Virus record (IMG/VR): IMGVR_UViG_3300034104_005687
Location: 124,001-188,000 of that record
DNA length: 64,000 nucleotides
Strand: one strand, 5' to 3'
In this document: piece after piece, positions 18,354 to 28,008 of the stretch
How the letters are laid out: every line of letters starts with the position of its first letter
How positions within the stretch are numbered: position 1 is the first letter of the stretch
Position numbers and translations under genes: made by a program
Notes under the pieces: generated by a model
Seen by the model: only the letters and a program-made list of their open reading frames with translations
What the model was told of the DNA's origin: nothing
The model's database searches: none

Positions 18354-20012
18354 ATGGCACAAGACATCAATATCAGCAAAGACCTTTATGACCTACTGGT
18401 CAGCAAAAACTTCGACCCCAACGTCAGTGACGAACAAGGACGAGAAACCACTCCTGATGAGGGGTCAGTATTCAAATTTGACTACATTGCCAGTTCTGGC
18501 AAGAACTACGGCACAGCAGTGATCTTGATTGGCGACGATCAAGACCTCATGCTGTTCTTTGGAGACAACCTGGGCAAAAGCATGGACGATCCCGAAGACA
18601 AAGACGAGTGGTTCCAGTTCTTGCAGCAAATGAGCAAGTTTTCTACACGTCATAACTTTCACACATTTACACCCAAAAATTTGAATGCCATCAAGCACAC
18701 CATGGCAGGCATGGCTGCCATCAAAGAAGGTTTGTTTGAAGGCTATTACGGCACACGCCGAGTCAGCTACATGGGCGAACGCACACAGGCTCGTCTGGTG
18801 ATCAATCACAATCGACTGCTGGGCGAAAACGACAAGCGTTATCGCTATGTGGAAAGTTTGTTTATTGAAACTGCTGATGGAGAGCGATATCGACTGCCAT
18901 TTACCAAATTGGTTGGTGGTCGTGCCATGCTGGAACATGTGCGTCAAGGAGGCAAGCCTTACGACATACGTGCTACACACATTGCAGAAACCATACAAGA
19001 AATGAGTGTGTTGGCTCGCTTCAACCGCGCCAGCCACAACAAAATGTTTGAAGGTCAAACACAACAACTGGTCGAAGCTGCTCGTGAATACTATCACAAC
19101 CTGCAGAATAACCTAAAGCACATATCCACTGCTCGCGGTTATCAGACTTATTTTGAATCTTGGACACCGGCTGATGTTGGCGCCCAAGAAGCTTTGGTTG
19201 AAGATCTCAAGACCATGTTCATTGAACAAACATTGGACACTAGAATCGAAGCAGCACTGCCTACCCTGGCAAAAATACAAGGAAACACCATGAAAGAAGC
19301 AGATCAATTTGAATCCTGGGCCAACAACTTGGTCGAAGGTACTTGGGCACTGCCCGAAACTCCCGAAGCCAAAGACACACTGTACAGTTTGTTGAATCAA
19401 GAACTACCTGTTGGTCCTGATGCCGCCAATGCAAAAGAGCAACTGTACGACATTCTGGGCGATGATCAACTGTTTGATCGACTGAGTGATCTGGCAGACC
19501 GCGATGCCAATGCTGATGCTCGTCCTGTGATCATTGCCAGAATGAAAGAAATGGGCATGGAAGTACCCGGTGTCAAGGCCGAGCCCGAAGTCAACGAAGC
19601 TGATAATTTGGCCACGTTCGAAGCTGGATGTGACATGGACGAAAGCATGGGCGGTACAGTGGCTGGTGCTGTTGCTCCAATGGAAGAAGGCGGTGAAAGA
19701 GACAAATACTACTATCAGCGCAACAACATCTGGAGAGTCATGGACGGTGACGAACTAGTACACGAATATACGCCTGACCGATATGAAGTTGTTGGCGCCA
19801 AAAAGCTATTGGCTCAATTTGACGACGAAGGCTACGATGTCACACACGTTATAAGCCCAATGGGAACTGTTACATATTTGTATGGCAAACCAGAAGATGA
19901 CATGGACGAAGGCAAGAATGATGACCCCATGAACTACAATGCCGCAATTACCAGCAGCTACTACGAGAGCGACGAATTGGCAAGAATAAAATCACTGGCT
20001 TTGCTCAAATGA
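18354..20012 (+). CDS. hypothetical late protein, probably head-packaged and protease-processed
   Basis: 552 aa. Late TAAATA (18341-18346) overlaps the terL stop. Repeated hydrophobic-x-E sites (LFE, MKE, LVE, VNE, MDE, MEE). Confidence 0.6.
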   Translation: MAQDINISKDLYDLLVSKNFDPNVSDEQGRETTPDEGSVFKFDYIASSGKNYGTAVILIGDDQDLMLFFGDNLGKSMDDPEDKDEWFQFLQQMSKFSTRHNFHTFTPKNLNAIKHTMAGMAAIKEGLFEGYYGTRRVSYMGERTQARLVINHNRLLGENDKRYRYVESLFIETADGERYRLPFTKLVGGRAMLEHVRQGGKPYDIRATHIAETIQEMSVLARFNRASHNKMFEGQTQQLVEAAREYYHNLQNNLKHISTARGYQTYFESWTPADVGAQEALVEDLKTMFIEQTLDTRIEAALPTLAKIQGNTMKEADQFESWANNLVEGTWALPETPEAKDTLYSLLNQELPVGPDAANAKEQLYDILGDDQLFDRLSDLADRDANADARPVIIARMKEMGMEVPGVKAEPEVNEADNLATFEAGCDMDESMGGTVAGAVAPMEEGGERDKYYYQRNNIWRVMDGDELVHEYTPDRYEVVGAKKLLAQFDDEGYDVTHVISPMGTVTYLYGKPEDDMDEGKNDDPMNYNAAITSSYYESDELARIKSLALLK

Positions 20013-20052
20013 TATAAATAACATTGACACAGCAGACAAAAGCGCATATACT
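20013..20052 (+). promoter_or_regulatory. tandem late (TATAAATA 20013-20020) and sigma70 (TTGACA 20024-20029, 17 nt, TATACT 20047-20052) promoters for the SSB gene
   Basis: Both consensus elements read directly, with correct spacing. Confidence 0.8.
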
Positions 20053-20152
20053 ACTACTGTGTTTGCGCTTTTTCTTTTGTGGCACAGGCAACACAAGATC
20101 TAAGCAATTAGATAGGCAACACACATAGGCAACTTTACAAGGAGAAATTACT

Positions 20153-21139
20153 ATGGCATCATTAGCAGAAATCAGAGCACGACTACAGGCAGCAGAAAAC
20201 AACAAAGGTGGGCAATCCACCGGGGGCGGAGACAAGTCAATCTACCCGCATTGGAACATGGAAGAAGGCCAAAGTGCCACACTGCGTTTTCTTCCCGACG
20301 GCAACAGCAAAAACACTTTCTTTTGGATTGAACGAGCAATGATTCGTTTGCCTTTCAACGGCGTCAAAGGAGAAATGGACTCAAAGCAAGTCATGGTTCA
20401 AGTGCCATGCGTGGAAATGTGGAACGAGGCCTGCCCAATCTTGGCAGAAGTTCGCACATGGTTCAAAGACAAGAGTCTCGAAGACATGGGTCGCAAGTAC
20501 TGGAAAAAGCGTAGCTACATTTTCCAAGGTTTTGTGCGTGAAAACCCCATTGGCGATGACAAGACGCCAGACAATCCAATTCGCAAGTTCATCATTGGTC
20601 CACAATTGTTTGCCACTATCAAGTCGGCATTGATGGATCCTGAACTGGAAGAATTGCCAACTGACATGATGCGTGGCCTGGATTTCCGTATCAGCAAGAC
20701 CTCCAAAGGCGGCTATGCAGACTATTCAACCAGCAAGTGGGCTCGCAAAGAGTCAGCCCTGACCGAAGCAGAACAATCTGCTGTGGACACACACGGCTTG
20801 TTTGATTTGAGCACATTCTTGCCCAAGAAGCCAACTGATGTTGAGCTCAGGGTAATGAAGGAAATGTTTGAAGCATCAGTTGACGGTCAGCCTTATGACA
20901 CTGAGCGTTGGGGTCAGTACTTCCGCCCAGCCGGAGTTGGCGCGCCTCAAGGTGGCAGCACAGACGAAGCCGCAGCACCTGCACCTATGGCACGCTCAAC
21001 AGCACCTGCGGTGGCAGCAGAAGATCCTCCTTTTGACATGGAAGACGCACCTGCAGCAGCAGCGCCTGTTGTAAAGCCCGCAGGCGGGAATCAAAAGGCC
21101 GAAGACATTTTGGCCATGATACGCAGCCGTCAGAAGTAA
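20153..21139 (+). CDS. gp32: single-stranded DNA-binding protein (T4 gp32-like)
   Basis: LRFLPDG, VPCVEMWNEACPIL, KKRSYIFQ, GLDFRI.K motifs, acidic low-complexity tail, SD AAGGAG. Confidence 0.9.
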   Translation: MASLAEIRARLQAAENNKGGQSTGGGDKSIYPHWNMEEGQSATLRFLPDGNSKNTFFWIERAMIRLPFNGVKGEMDSKQVMVQVPCVEMWNEACPILAEVRTWFKDKSLEDMGRKYWKKRSYIFQGFVRENPIGDDKTPDNPIRKFIIGPQLFATIKSALMDPELEELPTDMMRGLDFRISKTSKGGYADYSTSKWARKESALTEAEQSAVDTHGLFDLSTFLPKKPTDVELRVMKEMFEASVDGQPYDTERWGQYFRPAGVGAPQGGSTDEAAAPAPMARSTAPAVAAEDPPFDMEDAPAAAAPVVKPAGGNQKAEDILAMIRSRQK

Positions 21140-21147
21140 TAATTATC

Positions 21148-21702
21148 ATGGCTATCTTCTTGAACTACTATCCCTGTAGTTACGGAGATAGCCTGGTTGC
21201 AATGTTTCGTGGTCGTTTTGTTCAACGAAAAAATGACATCATTGAGATGTCAAAGTACGATTATTTTAAGTTCTTGGATTTTTATAATGCTAGCAATTTA
21301 CAAAAAAAAGAATTGTTGTCAAATCTAAAACCAACAAAAATAGTATCGTGTCACAGACAATATCAATTTGATTTTGGCATAGAACACAAAGTAATCTCAG
21401 TAGTTCTAGATGATCTATCTTGGATTGGTAAACGAGTTTGCGATATTCATATAAGTAGACTCGGTAAACAATTAAGCAACAAAAAATTGTTGCAATTACA
21501 ATCTAAAATATCCATTGACCAGATAGTAACATATGAATACCAAAATTGGGCAAAAAATAATATACTAGATGCAGATATCAAGTTGCCGTTCTCGATGTTG
21601 CAAGATGATCAATTTATGACAACTTTTTGTCAAGATCACAATCTAAAATACAATCGGACATGCATTGATGATATCCTAAACAACGTTAAAAAATACACAT
21701 GA
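21148..21702 (+). CDS. AT-rich hypothetical protein
   Basis: 184-aa ORF in an AT-rich block between the SSB and UvsX genes. Confidence 0.6.
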   Translation: MAIFLNYYPCSYGDSLVAMFRGRFVQRKNDIIEMSKYDYFKFLDFYNASNLQKKELLSNLKPTKIVSCHRQYQFDFGIEHKVISVVLDDLSWIGKRVCDIHISRLGKQLSNKKLLQLQSKISIDQIVTYEYQNWAKNNILDADIKLPFSMLQDDQFMTTFCQDHNLKYNRTCIDDILNNVKKYT

Positions 21703-22214
21703 AACGATATCACGACTGGCACAAATTACAACAACAAAATCAAGGATGGAATTGCATTGAGCCAGACGAAATTGTGGCCAACCGATTAAAATCAACTAAC
21801 TGGACTTTGGATTTATCGTATTGTCATCGAAGTTTAAAAGAAATGCTGATGCCTTGCACTACTGCACATCAATACTCTGATTTTTTTGTTTTGACCGACA
21901 TTGAATTAGGAAAGCTACCATTAGAAACATTCTTCAAGCTAGTAAGAAAAAAATACAACGATAGTAAATTTGGTGGTTATATTGCAGTACTAAGTTACTA
22001 TTTGAATACAAATGTTGTCAGACACGATTTACAAGGAAGTTACAGTGAAAATATTGCACAGGTCTTTTCTGAAAATCTGAGCTATGTGAATCGACTTGAA
22101 AATTTAAGTTCAGTGACTGACTTCCCGATCAACAAGACAAAAAACAATGTATTGATTGAAGGCTCAAATTTTATATTTGTGCATCCAAACATAAGGTATT
22201 TTTTATGGAAGTAG
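21699..22214 (+). CDS. AT-rich hypothetical protein
   Basis: 171-aa ORF, ATGA-coupled. Confidence 0.6.
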   Translation: MKRYHDWHKLQQQNQGWNCIEPDEIVANRLKSTNWTLDLSYCHRSLKEMLMPCTTAHQYSDFFVLTDIELGKLPLETFFKLVRKKYNDSKFGGYIAVLSYYLNTNVVRHDLQGSYSENIAQVFSENLSYVNRLENLSSVTDFPINKTKNNVLIEGSNFIFVHPNIRYFLWK

Positions 22215-22837
22215 CCAAGGATTCTATAGACAGCGCCGGCAATCCAACGATAGTGGCAAAATACAAAATGTGGAAACAACCTCTATATAAGTGGGACGAA
22301 TTTGTTGTAAATCGGCACAAAACAAAAAAATACATTGATCCGTGGTCAAAAAAAATTATAGAAGAAGCAGACGGCAATATTGTTGTCTATAATTCCGGAG
22401 GTATGTTTTTCAAAGACTTCAACCCAAACATAACAGTGATTGAACATCAGCCATGTCCTGTTAATGTGCCTGGTATGCAGTATTTTGATGATAGTGTAAA
22501 CATAGAGAACTCGGTTGATAGTTTGATTATGATTAATCCAATTGCATTGAAATACCATCATAGCTTGTCAGATGCGTTGAGTACGCCTGGAATATCTAGG
22601 GCAGGATACAAACCGTCTTTGATAAACTGGCTCAAGCCGTCGGCTAAAATATTTTTGAGTTTCTCAGATTGGCATTTTTACTACGATAGACTCAAATTTA
22701 CTGTAGATGATTTTTTAACCTTGCAATTATTAAACTTAGAAAATATTGGTATCTCGTGTGTCTATAAATCAGTAGAGAAGTCAACAGTTGATCCTATCAA
22801 TGGAAATGTAAAATTAATATTGACATATCAGGTATAA
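22205..22837 (+). CDS. AT-rich hypothetical protein
   Basis: 210-aa ORF overlapping the previous one by 10 nt. Confidence 0.6.
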   Translation: MEVAKDSIDSAGNPTIVAKYKMWKQPLYKWDEFVVNRHKTKKYIDPWSKKIIEEADGNIVVYNSGGMFFKDFNPNITVIEHQPCPVNVPGMQYFDDSVNIENSVDSLIMINPIALKYHHSLSDALSTPGISRAGYKPSLINWLKPSAKIFLSFSDWHFYYDRLKFTVDDFLTLQLLNLENIGISCVYKSVEKSTVDPINGNVKLILTYQV

Positions 22838-22871
22838 TTTTAATTTTTGGAAATATATTTTGTGCTATCTC

Positions 22872-22900
22872 TTGTGCCGGCATAAAAAATATCATATAAT
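22872..22900 (+). promoter_or_regulatory. sigma70-like promoter for uvsX (TTGTGC-17-TATAAT)
   Basis: Perfect -10 at 22895-22900, weak -35. Confidence 0.5.
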
Positions 22901-22923
22901 AGAAACTTCAAAGGAAAAACAAC

Positions 22924-23979
22924 ATGGGTAAACCATTCGACATTTCAAAATTCCGTAAGGAAATTACTAAAAGCATTGATGGCCTCAGTATTGGCTTCAA
23001 TGATCCCACAGACTGGATCTCCACAGGCAACTATGCCTTGAACTACTTGATCTCAGGAGACTTCAATCGTGGCATTCCCTTGGGCAAGGTCACTGTGTTT
23101 GCTGGCGACTCGGGTGCAGGCAAAAGCTACATTTGTTCAGGCAACATTGTTAAACACGCACAAGAACAGGGTATCTTTGTGGTGCTGATTGATAGTGAAA
23201 ACGCTCTTGACGAAGACTGGCTCAAAGCCCTGGGTGTAGACACATCAGAGAGCAAATTGCTCAAACTCAGCATGGCCATGATCGACGATGTGGCCAAGAC
23301 TATTTCCACATTCATGAGCGACTACAAGGGCTTACCCGACGGCGAGCGTCCCAAGGTCTTGTTTGTGATTGATAGCTTGGGCATGTTGTTGACTCCCACA
23401 GATGTTAATCAGTTCGAAGCTGGTGAAATGAAAGGTGATCTGGGTCGCAAGCCCAAGGCACTGACTGCATTGGTTCGTAACTGTGTCAACATGTTTGGTA
23501 GCTACAATGTAGGCCTGGTATGTACCAACCACACATACGCAAGTCAAGACATGTTTGATCCCGATGACAAAATCTCTGGTGGTCAAGGTTTCATCTATGC
23601 GTCCAGTATTGTGGTTGCTATGAAAAAGATGAAACTCAAAGAGGACGAGGACGGCAACAAGGTATCAGAAGTCAACGGTATTCGTGCAGGCTGCAAAGTC
23701 ATGAAAACACGCTATGCCAAACCGTTTGAAGGCGTGCAAGTCAAGATTCCTTACACAACAGGCATGAGTCCGTATTCAGGACTTACAGATTTGATTGAGA
23801 AAAAGAATCTACTGAAAAAAGAAGGCAACAGCCTGGTGTTTACCACAAGCCAGGGCGAGATCATCAAGAAGTTCCGCAAGGGCTGGGAACGCAACGATGA
23901 CGGTTGCCTTGACACAGTGATGACCGACTTTGGCAATCAGAAAGAAGCATCCCCGGCAGTTGAGGACGATGTAGAATGA
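22924..23979 (+). CDS. uvsX: RecA-family recombinase (UvsX)
   Basis: STGNYALN, Walker A GDSGAGKS, IDSENA, VIDSLG, SGGQG..YASS, KTRYAKPF. Confidence 0.93.
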   Translation: MGKPFDISKFRKEITKSIDGLSIGFNDPTDWISTGNYALNYLISGDFNRGIPLGKVTVFAGDSGAGKSYICSGNIVKHAQEQGIFVVLIDSENALDEDWLKALGVDTSESKLLKLSMAMIDDVAKTISTFMSDYKGLPDGERPKVLFVIDSLGMLLTPTDVNQFEAGEMKGDLGRKPKALTALVRNCVNMFGSYNVGLVCTNHTYASQDMFDPDDKISGGQGFIYASSIVVAMKKMKLKEDEDGNKVSEVNGIRAGCKVMKTRYAKPFEGVQVKIPYTTGMSPYSGLTDLIEKKNLLKKEGNSLVFTTSQGEIIKKFRKGWERNDDGCLDTVMTDFGNQKEASPAVEDDVE

Positions 23980-24509
23980 ATCGATTGAGTCTTTTGTTTA
24001 CGGCTACACAATGCAACGGGTGGCCTAAATTAAAATTCTCAATTGACGATGATTTACTGCAAGACTATGAATTTAACAGTGGATCAGCACTGATTACATT
24101 GCCAGTAGATCTGCTAGATGGAGAGCATCAACTGGACATAGAGTTGTATGGCAAATCATCATCGAATACCATGGTAGTCAATGACGTCATTGTTGAAGAT
24201 CAACTAGCAACATTGGAATCTATTTTTATCGATGATGTTCAGGTACCTGATTTTGTAAAGTACAAAGGAATTTATACAGCACGAAATCTTGTTATGCCGC
24301 AGGCGTTGACATGGGGTATACCAGGAGTGTGGTCCTTGAAATTTAATTATCCAATTATTGATTGGATTCTTGAATGCAAAATTAACGATTATTATGAGTT
24401 CGATAAGTACGACGAATGGTCTACGTCAGTCTATCATCCTAAAAAGACTCAGGCATTAATGGACGGATTCCGTGAGCTTGAAGACCTATTAGCCAATGTC
24501 AAAATTTGA
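23976..24509 (+). CDS. hypothetical protein, partner of the downstream radical SAM
   Basis: AT-rich, ATGA-coupled to uvsX and overlapping the next gene. Confidence 0.6.
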   Translation: MNRLSLLFTATQCNGWPKLKFSIDDDLLQDYEFNSGSALITLPVDLLDGEHQLDIELYGKSSSNTMVVNDVIVEDQLATLESIFIDDVQVPDFVKYKGIYTARNLVMPQALTWGIPGVWSLKFNYPIIDWILECKINDYYEFDKYDEWSTSVYHPKKTQALMDGFRELEDLLANVKI

Positions 24510-26013
24510 AAAAGCTTCGTTGATTGCGTCGGGTCTGTTGCCGATTAACAAACCGCCTCCTGCACTTGCATTTTTGTCAAGTATGTGCGAGGTCAATCAG
24601 TTGAGCCACGAATTGTTTGACTTGAACATACATATCAAGAACAGCATTGGGGAAGAATTATGGAATCGCGCATACACTATCTTTGCTTCGTTGGATTATA
24701 TTGCTGACAAAGAAGTACTGGATCCTGTTGTTGAATCTATTGATACAGCAGTTGATCTAATAATAGCACAATCCAGTGATTTGATATTGATGTCAGTTTT
24801 CAGCTATCAGCAAATTGCAATCACCAAATTGTTTTTGATATCGCTTCGCAAGAAAACCAATACCACAGTGATTATCGGCGGTCCAGGTGTTACATACGAA
24901 ATGCCCAGTGGAGTAACAGCCGGTAAACAGATGCTGGATGCAGGTCTAACTGACTACTATGTACTAGGAGAAGGCGAGCATGTGCTCGACCAATTTCTCA
25001 AAGGTTGTCTTGAGCTTGGCATCAACTACTCGGGTGCACCTGAAACTTGGGCCATTCAAATTGACAACTTAGACGATTGTGTTTTTCCCACGTACAAGAA
25101 TATTAATTTTGATAACTATTCTCCTGGTATTGACTTAGACCATACCATCAGTATAACATGTAGTCGAGGGTGTGTTCGTAGATGCACATTTTGTGATGTC
25201 GGGCACCTTTGGAAGAAATTTCGATTTCGAAGTGCCGACAATGTTATTTCAGAAATGCGAAAACACATCAACGAAACTGGAATCAAACAGTTTTTTTTCA
25301 CAGACAGTTTAATCAACGGTCCGTTGAAACAATTCACAGAATTGGTTTCGCAATTGGCCTTGTTGAGAAAAACTGATCCAGTTTTTGCAAGTGTCAGTTA
25401 TGTTGGTCAGTTTATTATACGCAGTCAGGCGCATCACAAAGAAGAAATGTACAAGTTGATGCACGAATCAGGATGTCAGTATATTGTGATAGGCATTGAA
25501 AGCGGCAGTGAACAAGTAAGAAATCACATGGGCAAGAAATTTTCCAATACAGATATAGACTATCATTTGTCAATGTGTTCAAAGTACAAAATTAAAAATT
25601 CATTGTTGATGTTTACTGGATATCCAACTGAAACTCTGCAAGACCATCACGACACAATGACCATGCTTCGTCAATATCAAAAGTACTTGATGGATGAAAC
25701 AGTGATTGCATTGACCTTGCATCAACCATTTGTGTTGCTGAAAAACACACCAATATCAGACATGAAGCACGAAATAGGAATTGTCAACGAGCAAGACAAT
25801 ACATATTTTTTTGAAGTACAGTCAAACCCAGATTTTACTGTCAAGGAAAAATTTAGGCGGTATCTTGAGGTAGTTAAACTTTCTATAGATCTAAAATACC
25901 CCGGATCTTGGGCAGATTTAGCAAGCCTTAGATCACACATACACGCACTTACACAATTTATTGATCAAGGCAATAAAGACACGGTAAGTATCAACCAAGG
26001 AGTTAAAACATGA
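24496..26013 (+). CDS. cobalamin-binding (class B-like) radical SAM protein
   Basis: N-terminal IIGGPG and VLGEGE (B12-binding Rossmann-like). SRGCVRRCTFC, FFTDSLING, IGIESGS, MFTGYPTET. Confidence 0.85.
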   Translation: MSKFEKASLIASGLLPINKPPPALAFLSSMCEVNQLSHELFDLNIHIKNSIGEELWNRAYTIFASLDYIADKEVLDPVVESIDTAVDLIIAQSSDLILMSVFSYQQIAITKLFLISLRKKTNTTVIIGGPGVTYEMPSGVTAGKQMLDAGLTDYYVLGEGEHVLDQFLKGCLELGINYSGAPETWAIQIDNLDDCVFPTYKNINFDNYSPGIDLDHTISITCSRGCVRRCTFCDVGHLWKKFRFRSADNVISEMRKHINETGIKQFFFTDSLINGPLKQFTELVSQLALLRKTDPVFASVSYVGQFIIRSQAHHKEEMYKLMHESGCQYIVIGIESGSEQVRNHMGKKFSNTDIDYHLSMCSKYKIKNSLLMFTGYPTETLQDHHDTMTMLRQYQKYLMDETVIALTLHQPFVLLKNTPISDMKHEIGIVNEQDNTYFFEVQSNPDFTVKEKFRRYLEVVKLSIDLKYPGSWADLASLRSHIHALTQFIDQGNKDTVSINQGVKT

Positions 26014-26267
26014 GCGAATTGATAGCATCAGAAATTTGGGGAGAACTCAAACGTTATGTCAACACTGTTGACCGGGCAGAAGCAGCCGAAACTGTGGTAC
26101 AAATTTTAATGGACAATGATTCAGACATTGACGCCATTAAAAATGCTTTTAAGAGTGATTTAGATATCAAACGTGCTCTTACTGCATATCTTGACAACGA
26201 CAATGATTATGCTGATGACGAGGATGACGAAGACAACATAGACGAAGAGTTGGACTGGGAAGATTAA
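26010..26267 (+). CDS. small acidic hypothetical protein
   Basis: 85 aa with an Asp/Glu-rich tail, coupled on both sides. Confidence 0.7.
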   Translation: MSELIASEIWGELKRYVNTVDRAEAAETVVQILMDNDSDIDAIKNAFKSDLDIKRALTAYLDNDNDYADDEDDEDNIDEELDWED

Positions 26268-27520
26268 TGCCCGACAAATATTTTCCAATCCGTACTGCCA
26301 CTGCTTGCCAACTCAAATGGAACTGGAGCACGCTGTATCTTTATTCAGGAGAAACAGCATCGTGTCATCGTACTGGATGGGGAAATATTGATCCAGAGAA
26401 CTTTGATCAGTTTCACAACACTGAAAAAAAGTTACAAGAACGTCGAGACATGTTGGACGGAAAATGGCCTGAACACAGTTGTGATTATTGCCGAAAAATT
26501 GAAACAGCAGGCGGGTTCAGCGATCGAATGTTGCACTTGACCATGCCAAATCAGAGTCCAATAGAATTGGAAACAGATCCAACCGCAATCAATGTTGTGC
26601 CCACAATACTGGAAGTTTTTTTTAACAATACTTGTAATTTGGCCTGTCTGTATTGCCTGCCTATTTTGAGTTCTAAGATAAACCAAGAAAATATTGCATT
26701 TGGAAAGTTTGACAACAATGGAGTAGTAATTGAGCCTGCAGAAATCAGCAACACTCCTTTGTTGATTGACAAATTCTGGAACTGGATGAGATCTAATTCT
26801 CTTGGGCTAAAACGATTCAATGTGTTGGGTGGAGAACCTTTTTATCAAACAGAATTTTATCAACTGTTGGATTATTTTGAAGAGACTGCACATCCAGACC
26901 TGGAACTAGGTATTGTTACAAATCTAGCAATTAGAACAGAAAAGCTCAATGAGATTTGCGAGAAATTAAAAAAACTTTTGATAAATCGAAAACTCAAAAG
27001 GGTCGACATAACATGCAGCATAGACTGTTGGGGAGCCGAACAAGAATATGTTCGTTATGGGTTGGATCTAGCACAGTGGCAACAAAACTTTGAATTTTTA
27101 CTGAGCAAAAAATGGATAAAACTAAACATCAATCAAACAATCAGTGTGCTAACAATCAAGACCATGCCCGAGCTGCTGAGCAGATTAGAACAGTGGAGAA
27201 AAATTAGACCAGTTGGACATTTCTTTTCAACTGTTTCTCCTCAGCCAACGTACATGGTGCCTGCAATCACAGGAAAAGATGTGTTTAAACAAGATTTTGA
27301 AAAAATCATTGCTGCCATCCCAAATCACACCGATGAACAAAAACTTGCAATTGAATACATGAAAGGTATTCAAACTGAACTTGAAAAATCAACAGTTGAT
27401 TTGACAGAACTTGGTAAACTAAAAACATTTCTCAACGAAAAAGATCGACGTCGAGGAACCAGCTGGGAAACCACCTTTCCTTGGCTAATTGAAATTTTTG
27501 ATCAGAACCTAACAAAATAA
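26267..27520 (+). CDS. radical SAM protein with N-terminal Twitch-like Cys cluster
   Basis: CQLKW..STLYL.SGETASCH...CDYC, then CNLACLYC and GGEP. Confidence 0.85.
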   Translation: MPDKYFPIRTATACQLKWNWSTLYLYSGETASCHRTGWGNIDPENFDQFHNTEKKLQERRDMLDGKWPEHSCDYCRKIETAGGFSDRMLHLTMPNQSPIELETDPTAINVVPTILEVFFNNTCNLACLYCLPILSSKINQENIAFGKFDNNGVVIEPAEISNTPLLIDKFWNWMRSNSLGLKRFNVLGGEPFYQTEFYQLLDYFEETAHPDLELGIVTNLAIRTEKLNEICEKLKKLLINRKLKRVDITCSIDCWGAEQEYVRYGLDLAQWQQNFEFLLSKKWIKLNINQTISVLTIKTMPELLSRLEQWRKIRPVGHFFSTVSPQPTYMVPAITGKDVFKQDFEKIIAAIPNHTDEQKLAIEYMKGIQTELEKSTVDLTELGKLKTFLNEKDRRRGTSWETTFPWLIEIFDQNLTK

Positions 27521-27530
27521 GTGAACAAAG

Positions 27531-27983
27531 ATGTGGTACAGTCGAATAGTTGCTGATCTCAGTAACATACCTGATTTTATACAGCACTACGAGCGAGAGC
27601 TCGATGATGCCAAACGTGATTGCAGGATTGGTGGTCTAGTGGAAAAAAATATCACGGCTTTGCCGGGTATCACAGAACATCGATTCAATCAACTGCAAGA
27701 AATTGAAGCTGTGTTGAATTATCTCAACATTCAGTTGAGAAAGATTCGCCGCCGCCATTTTCAAAAGTATCTAGAAGGATATGCACGAGCATTGACCAGT
27801 CGAGATGCTGAAAAATATGTAGATGGCGAAGACGAAGTGATTGATTACGAAACCATTATCAATGAAGTTGCATACTTGCGAAATCGTTGGCTGGGTGTCA
27901 TGAAAGGTCTGGACAGCAAACAGTGGATGGCTGGGCATGTGGTTCGACTCAGAGCCGCAGGCATGGAAGATATTACAGTGTGA
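27531..27983 (+). CDS. uvsY: recombination mediator UvsY-like
   Basis: Helical protein with Y.RALTSRDAEKYVDGE and GVMKGLDSKQW, near uvsX. Confidence 0.7.
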   Translation: MWYSRIVADLSNIPDFIQHYERELDDAKRDCRIGGLVEKNITALPGITEHRFNQLQEIEAVLNYLNIQLRKIRRRHFQKYLEGYARALTSRDAEKYVDGEDEVIDYETIINEVAYLRNRWLGVMKGLDSKQWMAGHVVRLRAAGMEDITV

Positions 27984-28008
27984 GTGAGTTTGTGCTGTAA
28001 ATACCAGT

